Source of the DNA: an uncultured Gemmataceae bacterium
GTDB lineage: Bacteria > Planctomycetota > Planctomycetia > Gemmatales > Gemmataceae
Assembly: GCA_963750165.1 (NCBI GenBank)
Contig: CAVVPN010000012.1
Location: 960,001-1,024,000 of the forward strand
DNA: 64,000 nucleotides
Reading direction: 5' to 3'
The notes under the pieces: model-generated
Told to the model about the DNA's origin: nothing
Database searches by the model: none
The model's input: the letters and a program-made list of their open reading frames with translations, nothing else
Translations under genes and position numbers: made by a program
Shown here: in pieces, positions 19,532 through 30,680 of the stretch
Layout of the letters: each line of letters begins with the position of its first letter
Numbering within the stretch: position 1 is the first letter of the stretch

Positions 19532-21300
19532 TCACTTCCGCATGTCCTGCAACCCCAGCGCCAGCCCGGCGTGCAGGAACGGCCGCAACCGCTCCTCGGT
19601 GCCCTCCAGCACTTCGCGCACAACACCCGACTGCCCCAGCCGGGCGTTGTGCCGGGCCAGCGCCTCCAGCGCCTGCGCGTAGGCCAGCGAGTCCTTGTCC
19701 GTGACCTCCTCGGCCGCGGACATCGGCTCCTGACTTTTGGACGACGCCAGGCGGGCCAGCAGGATTTCCAGTTGCGCCGCGCCTTCGTGGTTTTGTCCGG
19801 CAGCTGGGCGAGCATTTCCTTGGCCTCGGTGGTCTTGCCGGCCTGGGCCAGCAGGCGGCTCAGTTGCAGCAGATCCCACGCGGGGACGGTGACGCCGGCC
19901 TTGCGGGCCTTGGCGGCCTGCTCCCGGGCGAACACCAGCAACGGCCCCGCGACCTCCGCTTTCTCGGCCTGGAGCGCGACCGCCGCGACGCCCAGCGCCG
20001 CCTGCAAGCACTCCAGCGGCGGCCCCGCGGCCTTCGCCACGTCCTCGGCCTTGCTGAAATCGCCGCCGCGGGCGTAGCCCTCCGCGTACCCCTGCCGCGC
20101 GATTGGGTCGGCAGTATTCTTGTCGGGCGGGGCGGCGATGGCCTTCGCGTCCTCCGAGTGGTCCTTCAGCAAGAAGGCGATTTTTTGCGCCGACAGCGGT
20201 GTCTTCGCAGCCTTCTGTGCCGCCGTCTCGCCGCCGTCCGGGGGGGCCGCCTTCGTGTTGATGACGTTGACCACCTGCACGGCCAGAACCTGCGCCAGTT
20301 CCGGTTTGCCGGCCTTGATGAGTTTCCCGCCCACCTCGCGCAGGCCGGTCTGCAGCGCCTCCGGCGACCGGATCGCCAGCAGCACTTCGCCCAGCTCCTT
20401 CTGCACCTTCTTCCAGTGCAGTTTGACCTTGTCGAGGTCCTCCTCGTCGGTGCCGCCCAGGTCCACCCAGGTCAGGGCCAGATCGATCAGAAAGGCGTCG
20501 CGTTCCAGTTGCTGCGCGGCCGAGTCCTTGGTGGCGGCGAACGGCGCCTGCGCCGCCTTGCGGAAGGATTCCTGTGCCTTGTCCGCCTGACGTGTCCGCG
20601 TGTAGTACTCGCCCGCGGCCCGGTAGATCGCCGCGGACGGCAGCGGCGGCAGTTTCGCCTCCAGGGCCTTCTTCAGTTCGTCCTCCTGCTGGTTGTTCGT
20701 CAGGTAGTTGCTGAGGACGATCCAGCCGACGACCACCGCCGCCAGTCCCACGACCGCCAGGAGACCGCGGCGGACCCAGACCCGAACCGGCACCGGCTCC
20801 TTCTGTTCAGGCGGCAGGGCGCCCGCTTCCTCCAGCGCCCCCAGACTGACGCCGCCCTTCTCGTTGCTGCTCATGACGCCTTCGAGCTTCTCGTCGCGCA
20901 TGCGGGCGACGGCGGGGCCGCCCTTGACCTCGCGCCAGTTCTTGGGCCGATGGTCCTTGGGGATGGGCACCTTGACGATGCGCTTGCAGTGCGGACACGG
21001 CTCCTGTTTGCCGGCCAACTCGATGTTGAAGTGCAGTGCCTCGTCGCACCAGGAGCAGGTGAAGTCGATGGTTGTGGCGGCGGCTTCTTCCTCGGCCTGC
21101 TTGGCGGCGGGGTCTTCGAACAGGGCGGCCGCGGCGAGGGCCTCCACGTCTTCGGGCGGCGGCCCGGCGGGGGCGGCGGTCGGCACCGGGATGACCAGCG
21201 GCTTCTTGCACACCGGGCACGCCACGCGCTTGCCGGCCAGGTGCGGCTTGACGCTCAACGTCTTCTTGCAGCCCTCGCAGCGGACCTTGATCGGCACCAT
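19532..21300 (-). CDS. Double Zn-ribbon + TM + helical (TPR-like) protein, frameshift near 19777
   Basis: CEGC..CPVC and CSWC..CPHC, one TM; C-terminus continues in ORF 19532..20011 (AQLEILLARL). Confidence 0.75.
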
Positions 21301-21366
21301 CGCTCATTCCTCTCCCCGCGGTTGCGGGGTCATTCGTTAGTGCAATCGCAAGGGACTTGGTACAAT

Positions 21367-21427
21367 CGTGGGACGGCTCTCCAGAGCCGTCTTTGCCGAA
21401 GAGACGGCTCTGGAGAGCCGTCCCACG
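21367..21427. repeat. REP family A inverted doublet
   Basis: CGTGGGACGGCTCTCCAGAGCCGTC...GACGGCTCTGGAGAGCCGTCCCACG. Confidence 0.9.
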
Positions 21428-21451
21428 AACAGCAAGCCCCTTGCCGCTGCA

Positions 21452-22594
21452 TCAGGGTTGCAGCACGGGCAGCCGCAGACGGCCGGCGGCCAGCTCCGGT
21501 GTGCGACCCTTCTCCGCCTCTTCCTTTTCCCAGGCGTCAATCTCTTCGAGCAGGGCGTCCACCATTTCGCTCTCCTGCACATGGCGGACGATCTCGCCGC
21601 GCTTGAAGATGACGCCCTTGCCCTTGCCGGCGGCGATGCCCAGGTCCGCCTCGCGCGCCTCGCCGGGACCGTTGACCACGCAGCCGAGCACGCTCACTTT
21701 AATGGCGGTCGTGCGCCCTTCGAGGCGCTTCTCCAGCTGGGCGATGATGCCTTCCAGGTCGATCTCCAACCGGCCGCAGGTCGGGCAGGCGATCAACTCC
21801 GGTTTGCGCACGCGCCGCCGCGTCGCTTGCAAAATGTCGAAGGCGGCGGCGATCTCCGGCACCGGGTCGCCGAGCAGGCTGATGCGGATGGTGTCGCCGA
21901 TGCCGTCGAGGAGGATCGGCGCCAGGCCGCACGCCGACTTGGTGACCGCGTAGGGCGCCTTGCCCGCCTCGGTGATGCCGATGTGCGTCGGGTAGTTCGC
22001 CTGCTTCGCGTACAGCCGATACGCCTCCACGGCGGTAATCACGTCGCTGGACTTCAGCGATACGATCAGATCGTGGTAGCCCTCGGACTCGGCGATCTCG
22101 ATGTAGCGCAGGGCGCTGTCCACCATCGCCGGCGGGCACGGGAAGCCATATTTCATGGCGAATTCCCGCTCCAGGCTGCCGGCGTTGACGCCGATGCGCA
22201 TGGGGATGCCCCTGGCCTTGGCCTTGCGCAACACCTGGCGGAAGCGGTCCATGCCGCCGATGTTGCCGGGGTTGATGCGGATCTTGTCGATCGGATGGTC
22301 GAGGGCGGCCAGGGCCATCTTGTAGTCGAAGTGGATGTCGCAGATGAGCGGGATGCGGATGCGTTTCTTGATCTCGCCGAGGACCGCCGCGTCCTGCGGT
22401 TTGGGCACCGTGACGCGGACGATCTCGCAGCCGGCTTCTTCAAGGCGGTGGATTTCCTTGACGGTGGCTTCGAGGTCGTAGGTGTCGGGCGTGGTCATCG
22501 ACTGCACCCAGATGGGGTTGTCGCCGCCGACGATCAGATTGCCGACGCGAACTTCGCGCGTCTTGTGCCGGTGGAACGTGTGCTGGTAGGTCAT
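21452..22594 (-). CDS. ispG: 4-hydroxy-3-methylbut-2-en-1-yl diphosphate synthase
   Basis: VQSMT, DIHF, RINPGN, RIGVNAGSL, GIGDTIRISL, CPTCGR, GCVVNGPGE. Confidence 0.97.
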   Translation of the reverse strand: MTYQHTFHRHKTREVRVGNLIVGGDNPIWVQSMTTPDTYDLEATVKEIHRLEEAGCEIVRVTVPKPQDAAVLGEIKKRIRIPLICDIHFDYKMALAALDHPIDKIRINPGNIGGMDRFRQVLRKAKARGIPMRIGVNAGSLEREFAMKYGFPCPPAMVDSALRYIEIAESEGYHDLIVSLKSSDVITAVEAYRLYAKQANYPTHIGITEAGKAPYAVTKSACGLAPILLDGIGDTIRISLLGDPVPEIAAAFDILQATRRRVRKPELIACPTCGRLEIDLEGIIAQLEKRLEGRTTAIKVSVLGCVVNGPGEAREADLGIAAGKGKGVIFKRGEIVRHVQESEMVDALLEEIDAWEKEEAEKGRTPELAAGRLRLPVLQP

Positions 22595-22712
22595 CGCGTC
22601 CTCGGGAACTTCCGTGATGAAGGGAAACCGGTTCGGGACCGTCCTTGGAACCGTACTTTCTGGGTGCGCGCAACGGATCAGGTGTTATCCTAGTTTGCCG
22701 ACTGGCACGGCG

Positions 22713-22862
22713 TCAAGGCGTCAGGCCGTGGCCGCGGAGGCGCTGCAACTCCGCCTCCAGTTGCACAATGCGGGCTTCGAGTCGCTTGCGTGCTGACATT
22801 TCGATGACGCGATGACCGTAAGGGTGCGGGGCTGCCTCGCTCGACGGGTCCGTGGGTGTCAT
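22713..22862 (-). pseudogene. Internally deleted Uma2-like remnant (49 aa)
   Basis: AAGGAG RBS; N-terminal PHPYGHR and C-terminal LEAELQRLRG resemble both ends of the adjacent Uma2. Confidence 0.55.
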
Positions 22863-22884
22863 GGCTCTCCTTCGCAAAGGGGTT

Positions 22885-23904
22885 CTATTGAGGAGACTCG
22901 CCACGCAGGCGGCGCAGCTCCGCTTCTACTTCACGGAGGCGCTGTTCGGCCGCCTGCCGAGCCTGCGCCTCCGCTTGCCGCGCTGCGGTCTCTGCGCGGG
23001 CGCGTTCCTCGGCAGCCTCCTGGGCCGCGGCCGCGGCGCGAGCGTGCTCCTCAGCTTCTTGCCTTGCAGTGGCCTCGGCCCGGGCGCGGTCCTCGGCCTC
23101 CTGCCGCGACCGCGCTTCCGCGTGGGCGCGGTCCTCGGCCTTCTGCCGCGACCGCGCTTCCGCGTGGGCGCGGTCCTCAGCCGCTTCCCGGCCGCGCTTC
23201 TCCACGGAATAGCTGCCGCTCAGTTCCTCGCCGGTGATCTCGTCGTAACAATACACCCGGTTGTCGCGCATCCCCAGGAACAGACCGAGTTCCGGCACCA
23301 GCACACGGCCATTCTGGTTCAGCGGGACCGGTTCGTAGCGATCGGGGGTGTGGCGGAAGGCCAGCAACTGCCGCGGCCCGCCGTCGCGCTGCTGATCGAC
23401 GATCACGTACAACGGCACACCAGCCACATAATACTCGGCGTACTTCCGCACCACGTCGTTGTAACGCGTGGCCGGGGACACTACCTCGATGGCCACCACG
23501 CAGCGCCCGCCGAAGTCTTGCAACCGATAGAGCCCGAACTGCGCGGGTAGCGGCGTGCGAACGTCCGCGAATACTGCCACATCCGGGGCAGTGTCGCCCT
23601 GGAGCGGAACGTTCCAGTCCACCAGACAATTCGCCAGCAACTTGCCGTTCGCCAGCCGCCCGAGGCGGTCCTGGAACACCTCGGCCAGGTAGCGACACTC
23701 GATGGAATGCAGATCGTCTTCAGAAATGTGATCGCTCTCCTCAGGGTGCAACGCGTCTTCCAGAGTCAGCGGCACCTGCACCAGGGCTTCGCTGCCATCC
23801 GGCAACTGCCGCTTGACGAAGCGCCAGCCGTAGCGGAAGGGGTCCTCCTTGGCCGGGGGCGTCTCGGCGGGGACCGGCGAAGGTGGAATCAGGCCCGTGC
23901 TCAT
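22885..23904 (-). CDS. Uma2 family protein with 14-aa repeat coiled-coil tail
   Basis: APDVAVF, IEVVSPATR, GVPLYVIVD; AEDRAHAEARSRQ repeats. Confidence 0.9.
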   Translation of the reverse strand: MSTGLIPPSPVPAETPPAKEDPFRYGWRFVKRQLPDGSEALVQVPLTLEDALHPEESDHISEDDLHSIECRYLAEVFQDRLGRLANGKLLANCLVDWNVPLQGDTAPDVAVFADVRTPLPAQFGLYRLQDFGGRCVVAIEVVSPATRYNDVVRKYAEYYVAGVPLYVIVDQQRDGGPRQLLAFRHTPDRYEPVPLNQNGRVLVPELGLFLGMRDNRVYCYDEITGEELSGSYSVEKRGREAAEDRAHAEARSRQKAEDRAHAEARSRQEAEDRARAEATARQEAEEHARAAAAAQEAAEERARAETAARQAEAQARQAAEQRLREVEAELRRLRGESPQ

Positions 23905-24043
23905 GGTAGATTCTCCTGTAGGGAGGACGTTGGGCGTTCTCACCCGGCATCTTACCCGAACGGCGCCGCACCGAACCAGCCCTGCATGGGGCGAAAACCC
24001 GCGGCGCGGCGAACCAACCAACCCCGGCGCTCGTCATACCAAC

Positions 24044-25240
24044 ATGGACAACCACCTGCAGCAGTTCACCGCGGAGCACCGATACCTGCTCGACCAGGCC
24101 GCCCAGCGGGCCGGCTTCAGCGATCCGGTCGCGGTCGTGCTCAACCAGTTCAACGACCCGCTGCTCAAGGCGGCGCGCAAGGGCGAACTGCTGCCCGTGG
24201 ACGGCGTGCTCGTCCGCGACTGGGCGCCGGAATACCATCGGCCGCACACCGGCATCCAGCTCGGCATGCGTCTCTACGAGGTGCAGGGCGTCCGCTTCGT
24301 CCAGGTCCAGGTCCACTACAGCGAACAGGTCACGTACTGGGCCTTCAACTTCACCGTCGTGGACCGCAAGGACTACCGCAAGCTGTACCGCATCGCGCGG
24401 AAGCAGCTGGAGCAGACGCAGCCGCCCAGTGTGCCGCCGGTGCTGCCGCCGGGGCAGTACGATGTGCTCGCCAAGAACACCATCGGCTATCTGGAAACGG
24501 GCAATCTGGAGCGCATCAAGGCGTACGGCGGCCGGGCCAAGCGCGGCGTGCTGCTGACGGGGGCGCCCGGCAACGGCAAGACGATGGCCTGTCGCTGGAT
24601 CTGGGAGCAGTGCCGGCGGCGCCGCTGGGAATGGCGGCTGGTCACGCCCGAGGCGTACCGCCAGGCGCGCTGCAGCGGCAACGCCGTCGAGGCGGTGCGC
24701 GGCCTGTTCACGGTGCAGCGCCGCGGTGTCGTCTTCTTCGATGACATGGACATCGCCCTGCGCGACCGCGAGACTGTCGGCGAGAGCGAGGACCAGGCCG
24801 TCTTCCTCAGCGCCATGGACGGCATCACGGTCAACGAGGGCGTCGTGTTTCTGTTCACGACCAACTGCTCGCTGGACCTGATCGACCGTGCGTTCAAGCG
24901 GCCGGGCCGGCTCGACGTGCTGCTGCACTTCAAGCCGCCGGACGCCGCCCTGCGCCGCGAATTGATGGGCCGCTGGCACGAGGACATTCGCGCTGGCATC
25001 GACCTGGAGCGAGCGGTGGCCTCCACGGACGGCTACAGTTTCGCGGAGGTCGAGGAGCTGAAGAACCTGCTGGTGATGCACTTCATCGACAGCGGCACCT
25101 GGGACTGGGGCTGGGCGCTGCACCAGTTCGACATCAACCGCAGCGAGCTGACGAAGCGGCACAGGAGGGCGCTCGGCTTCGGCCAGGACCTGGCCGCGGC
25201 CGGCAACGGTCATGACGCGGACCTCGACGAGCTGGAGTAG
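24044..25240 (+). CDS. AAA+ ATPase with uncharacterised N-terminal domain
   Basis: Walker A GAPGNGKT, Walker B VVFFDDMD, SRH TTN..IDRAFKRPGRLD. Confidence 0.9.
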   Translation: MDNHLQQFTAEHRYLLDQAAQRAGFSDPVAVVLNQFNDPLLKAARKGELLPVDGVLVRDWAPEYHRPHTGIQLGMRLYEVQGVRFVQVQVHYSEQVTYWAFNFTVVDRKDYRKLYRIARKQLEQTQPPSVPPVLPPGQYDVLAKNTIGYLETGNLERIKAYGGRAKRGVLLTGAPGNGKTMACRWIWEQCRRRRWEWRLVTPEAYRQARCSGNAVEAVRGLFTVQRRGVVFFDDMDIALRDRETVGESEDQAVFLSAMDGITVNEGVVFLFTTNCSLDLIDRAFKRPGRLDVLLHFKPPDAALRRELMGRWHEDIRAGIDLERAVASTDGYSFAEVEELKNLLVMHFIDSGTWDWGWALHQFDINRSELTKRHRRALGFGQDLAAAGNGHDADLDELE

Positions 25241-25254
25241 CGCCCGGCTCGCCC

Positions 25255-25956
25255 TCAACCCGTCGCCAGCAGGTCCGCCAGCGCCCGCACCCGGTCTTCC
25301 GCAATCGCCCCGTCGCGCTCCCCCGCCGCGCAGGCGGCGCCGCGCACCGCGAACCAGTCCGGCCGCAGCGGCAGCAGCGCCTCAATCTCCGCCGGCCCAA
25401 GCGATCCCGCCAGCGCCAGCCGCACCCCTGCCTCGCGACAGTGCCGCCGCAGTCGGCCAACCTCGTGCAGCGACAAATGATCCAGCAGCGTCCGCCGCGG
25501 CGCTTTCTGCCAGGTGTCGATCAGCAACACGCCACCGGGCGTCTGTCGCGCGAACGCCAGCACTTCCTCAACCGACGGCGCCGCCGCCGACCGCCAGTCC
25601 GCATAGGCCACCGCTACCGCCGTGCAGCCCGGCCATGCGGCCGCCCGGCGCCGCAGCAACGTCTGCCAACCGGCTGCCGCCCCGGCCAGGCCCCACTTCA
25701 CGAACGCCAGCCCCAGACCATCAATGTCTGCCCCCGCCGCCTCGGCCAACTCGCCCAGCGCAGCGCTGACCGGCCGCCGGCCGCCGACCACGGCCACAAC
25801 CGCGGCAATGGCGTCGGCGTCTGCCCGGCCCAGGGCGCCGCGCCGCGGTTCCTTCACGTCGATCACGTCCGCCCCGCCGCGCAGCGCCGCCACCGCCTCC
25901 GCCGCGCCGCGGACGCTGACCAGCAGTCCCAGATTTCGCCCCGCCAACTCCACCAT
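25255..25956 (-). CDS. mfnB: (5-formylfuran-3-yl)methyl phosphate synthase-like protein (DUF556)
   Basis: LLVSV...GGADVIDVKEP..GALG, VSAALGE, LLIDT, ALAGSL, AVRGAAC. Confidence 0.85.
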   Translation of the reverse strand: MVELAGRNLGLLVSVRGAAEAVAALRGGADVIDVKEPRRGALGRADADAIAAVVAVVGGRRPVSAALGELAEAAGADIDGLGLAFVKWGLAGAAAGWQTLLRRRAAAWPGCTAVAVAYADWRSAAAPSVEEVLAFARQTPGGVLLIDTWQKAPRRTLLDHLSLHEVGRLRRHCREAGVRLALAGSLGPAEIEALLPLRPDWFAVRGAACAAGERDGAIAEDRVRALADLLATG

Positions 25957-26164
25957 GAGCTATGCTACCATCAAGCGTTTCAGGTGCGGGCCGAAACAGT
26001 AGAGACTCCGAGCCGCGTTTGCGCCGGGGTGCAAACCGGCCGGCCCAGTTGCGGCGGCCCGCCTCCGGAGCTAAGGTTGAGCCGGGCGGACGTTTTCAGG
26101 TGTCACGGCAGACGATTTCTGCCGCTCGCGGACCGACCAGCATTCCCAGCCGGGAACCAAGCAG

Positions 26165-29100
26165 ATGGCGGTACGGGTTGAACATCAGGCCGAACCAATC
26201 CCCGGGTACCGGCTCATTGAACGCCTCGGTGGCGGCGGCTTCGGCGAGGTCTGGAAGGCCGAGGCCCCCGGCGGGCTCTTCAAGGCGATCAAGTTCGTTT
26301 ACGGCGACCTTGAATCCCTCGGTGAAGACGGCGCGCGCGCCGACCAGGAACTCAAGGCCCTCAAGCGCGTCAAGTCTGTTCACCATCCGTACATCCTGTC
26401 GCTCGAACGCTATGACATCATCGACGGCCAGTTGCTCATTGTCATGGAGCTGGCCGACCGCACGCTCTGGGACCGCTTCCGCGAATGTCGCGCCCAGGGC
26501 CTGCCCGGCATCCCGCGCGAGGAGTTGCTCAACTACCTCCGCGAGACCGCCGAGGCCCTCGACCTGATGAACATCCAGTATCAGTTGCAGCACCTGGACA
26601 TCAAGCCGCAGAACCTCTTCCTCATTCACAATCACGTCAAGGTCGCCGACTTCGGCCTGGTCAAGGATCTCGAAGGCATGATGGCGTCGGTGACCGGCGG
26701 CGTCACGCCCGGCTACGCGGCCCCGGAAACCTTCGACGGCTGGGTCAGCCGCTTTTGCGACCAGTATAGCCTGGCCATCGTCTATCAGGAACTGCTCACC
26801 GGCCAACGGCCCTTCGTCGGCACGACCGTGCGCCAGCTGGTGCTGCAACACCTCCAGGGCAAGCCCGATCTGTCACCGTTGCCGGCCCACGACAAGGCGA
26901 TCATTGCGCGGGCGCTGTCGAAGAACCCCGACCAGCGCTTCCCGACCTGCCAGGAACTGGCGCGGGAGCTGCGCGAGGCGGCCAGCGGCGGCCGGCCCAC
27001 GGCGCCGCCCCCCTCGCTGCCGCTGTTACCGCTCGAGTCCGGCACGGGAGCGGTGCCGACCCGCGAGATCGACAACGCCCCGCCCGCCGCCGAGACTCCC
27101 GGGGCCGCCCTGGGTCAGACGCCGGCCAGCCCCGAAGACGAAAAAACCCAGGGCGCTCCCCTGCGCCGGCCGCCGCCGATCCCCTCCCTGCCGACGCCCG
27201 GCGTCATGCCGTCGCACTCCGATCTCCACCCGCCGTTGGAGGTGGCCCCGTCGGCGCCGACGGTCGGCGGGGTCACGCCGCGGCCCGAGCCCAGTGAAAC
27301 GCCCGGCACCAGCAAGCCGCCCGTCACGCCGTCGTTCAGCAGCCGCAAGGATGCCGCCCGCCACCAGGCCGAGGGCGTCCTGCTGCCGGCCCTGGTCATC
27401 GGTCTGGGCCACCTCGGCCTGCGCACGCTCAAGGAACTGCGCCGCGAAATTCACGAGCGCTTCGGGCAGCGCCGCCGCCCTGCCCAACGTCCGCCTGCTA
27501 CACCTGGACACCGACGCCGAGACGACGCTGGCGGCGCCGCGCGGCAAGGCGCCCGCGGTGCTGCGGCCCAACGAGTCGCTGCTGGCCCGACTGTATCGGC
27601 CCAGCCACTACCTCAAGGGCGTCAGCGCCGGCCAGGGGGTGACCGGCTGGCTCAGTCCGAAGATGCTCTATCGTATCCCCCGGCAGCAGACCTCCGCTGG
27701 CCTGCGGGCGCTGGGCCGATTGGCCTTCGTGGACAACTACCCCAGCATTGTCCGCCGCCTGGAAGTCGAGTTGAGTGAGTGCTGCGACCCGGAGCGGCTG
27801 CAACAGGCCACCGAGCAGACCGGCCTGGCGGTGCGCGGCACCGTGCCGCGTGTCTACATCGTCACCAGCCTGGCGGGCGGCACCGGTAGCGGCATGTTCA
27901 TCGACCTGGCCTACGCGGTGCGGCACCTGCTCACGAAAATGGGCCAGGAGGCCGCCGAAGTCGTCGGCCTGTTCCTGGTGCCCGGCACCGAGGGCCCCGA
28001 CCCGCGGCGCGGGCCCCAGCTGGCCAACGCCTTCGCCGCCCTGACCGAACTGAACCACTTCGCCGGCCCCGACGCCGTGTTCGAGGCCCGCTACGCGCCG
28101 GAAGCGGGCGCGGCGCCGAAGCCGTTTCGGGCGTCCGGCCCGCCGCTGCACCGCTGCATTTTGATACCGCTGCCAGCCGACCCGCCCGGCTCCGAGCGCG
28201 TGCCCAGCGACGACGGCACGCCATCGCTGACCGAGGCCACGCAGACCGTGATCGCGCGCACCGGCCACTGCCTGTCCGCCGAGCTGGCCACCGCCCTGGG
28301 CAAGACCGCCGACCAGTTCCGCCAGCAACACGCCCTGCTGCGCGCCGCGCAGATCTGGCCGACCCGCCCGTCGGATGCGCCGCCCACGCTCGCTTACCAT
28401 ACGGTGGGCATTCATCGGCTGCTGTGGCCGCGGCGGCAGATGCTGGAGTTGGCGTCGCGGGGCCTGTGCCAGCGCCTGGTGAAGCGCTGGCTGAGCAAGG
28501 ACGCCAAGCCGTTGCGCGGGGTGGTCAAGGATTGGGTGGCGCAGCAGTGGGCGGAGTTCGGCCTGAGTCAGGAGCAGCTGATCGGCGATCTGCAACAGGC
28601 CTGCCGCGAAGCTCTGGGCAAGGCGCCGGAGGATGTGTTCGCAGACCTGGCGCTGCCGGTCTACCGCATGTTGACGCCGGTCAAGGGCAAGCCGCCCGAG
28701 CCGTCGCTCGCGCTGGGCGCGGTCGTCGAGACCCTGGAACAGTTTGAAGCGCTGGTCGGCATCCCCGAGGAGTACCGGGGCACGCCGAAGCCCGGCGAGC
28801 CGCTGGCCTATACGCCCGGCTCGCTGGAAGGCGTGCTGAGCGCCGCGGCGACGAAACTCGGTGACCGCTTTGAGCAGCGCGTCGCGGAGCTGGTCGTTCG
28901 TCTGATCGAGGCGCCGGAGGCCCGCCTGGCCGGCGCCGAAGAGGCCATTCGCCAGCTGAACGTGCTGATCGAACAGGCGCTGGCGAACCACGAGCAACTC
29001 AGCCAGGAGTTGCAGGAGCGGGCGACTGCCGTCTACGAGCGCCTGGCAGCGCTGCTGGAACAGCCCGCGCCCAACCCGGCCGGGCCCAAAACGCCCACCT

Positions 29101-30023
29101 GGAAGGCGCCGTTCACCCGCCGGCTGCCGGCCGCCACCTCGCTGGTCGCCCGGGAGTTGCAGGATTTGCTGCGGTCGTACCCGAAATACCGCTACCAAAG
29201 TTTGGTGCTGCAGCGCGTCAGCGGCCTGTACGTGGCGCTGCGCGGCCTGCTGTCGGACCAGTTGCGCGAGGTCGATTTCTGCCGGGCCCGCCTGACGGAG
29301 CTGCACGGGCTGTTCGAGGCCGGGGAGCAGACCTCGGCGGCGCGCGGCCAGGCGGTCGCTGGCCGCTGGCTGTTTCCCCCGGGCTGCGCCAGCCTGGACG
29401 ACGCGGTGCGCCGCCTGGAGGAGCGCGTGGGACCGGAGCAGTTGCTGGAACTGGATAAACACATTCAGGGCCTGCTGCGCAAGCAGTTCCGGGCGCTGCT
29501 GCAGGTGTGCATGTCGCCGGGCAACGTGCTGCGCGTGCTGATGCCGGCCATGATGCAAGAGACGGGCGCGTACCTGAGCCAGCACCTGGAGGACACCGCC
29601 GTGGCGGCGGTGTACCTGCGGCAGTACGGCGCCCAGCAGGAGAGCGGCAAGTACGCGCTGACGCCGCAGTTGCAAGAGGACCTGCAGGCGGCCTTCGGCA
29701 AGGCGGCGCCGGGCCTGGCCGGGGCGACGCCGGACGGCGAACTGTGCCTGCTGGCAGTGCCACAGGACGGTTGCGAACAGGTGTTCCGTCAGCTGGCCCA
29801 CCAGGCGCTGCCGGAGGCGCAGTGGAGCGTGGCGCCGGGAGGCGAGGAGATCATTTTTTACCGCGAACAGAGCCACCACTCGCTGTCGGCGTTCCAGCAG
29901 TTCGGGGCGCAGGCGCAGGAGGCGTATCAGCGGCTCAACGCCCTGGACCACGCGACGCCGCACGCCCGCGGGGACATCCCGGCCTGGCAGCCGCCCGACA
30001 CGAGCGGTCAGGCTTCCGCCTGA
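26165..30023 (+). CDS. Ser/Thr kinase fused to a tubulin/FtsZ-like (Tubulin_2/FtsZl) domain and a long helical tail; frameshift near 27465
   Basis: Kinase GGGGFGEVWK, HLDIKPQN, DFG, YAAPE; tubulin-like LVIGLGHLG, LDTD, RALGRLAF, SLAGGTGSG, ANAFAALTEL. Confidence 0.85.
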
Positions 30024-30090
30024 GCCGCGCTCGAAGTGCCAAACGAACAGGCCCGCGGAGTCACCCCCGCGGGCCTGAGGCATTGCAAAA

Positions 30091-30155
30091 TCGAGGTAGT
30101 GACTCCCAGCGCGAGACGGTTACTCAACGCGAGCACCGCCCAGTCACTACCTCGA
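30091..30155. repeat. 14-bp perfect inverted repeat
   Basis: TCGAGGTAGTGACT...AGTCACTACCTCGA. Confidence 0.7.
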
Positions 30156-30422
30156 TGGTTCGCTGTGGCTGACACCCACAACGGTGGAAACATACCCGGC
30201 TCTCGCAGCACGGGCAAGCGCGGGCCCCGCCACGGGGCCGATTTTCCACCACCCGCCGCCGACGGTAGCGGCTGGCGCGGCTGCGCCGTTTATGTCGGTT
30301 AGGCAAGCGCTCGATCCGCCGTCCCGCCTGGCCGTCCCAGATTTCTCACCTCCCTGCCGGCGCCCCCAGCCGACAAGGAAAATACCTTTCTCATCCAGGT
30401 TTTCCACTGCCGTGAGGCGCAC

Positions 30423-30611
30423 ATGATGACGAGACGACTCCGCACGCCGTGGCTGCTGGTCGTGGGCGTGGCCCTGCTGATCCTCGGCGCCTGGGCTTTG
30501 CAACAGACGCTGCGGGGGCGGCCCAGCCCGCAGCGGCGGCCACAGCGGCTCGGAGCGGCCGCGCTGGTGTGGCCCGTGGTCGTGCCGGTCGTTCCCGGAT
30601 TGACGGCCTGA
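30423..30611 (+). CDS. Small hypothetical membrane protein
   Basis: GAGG RBS; hydrophobic WLLVVGVALLILGAWAL. Confidence 0.5.
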   Translation: MMTRRLRTPWLLVVGVALLILGAWALQQTLRGRPSPQRRPQRLGAAALVWPVVVPVVPGLTA

Positions 30612-30680
30612 GGGCCGGTCGCTATACCCCGCATCTGACCGTGGCCCGGAACAGCGGTCCAGCAACGCGGTGAGGTAGGG

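Noticed and set aside
27455..27475. Programmed frameshift between the kinase and tubulin domains
   Set aside because: No slippery heptamer, the break falls inside the tubulin domain, and similar indels occur throughout the window
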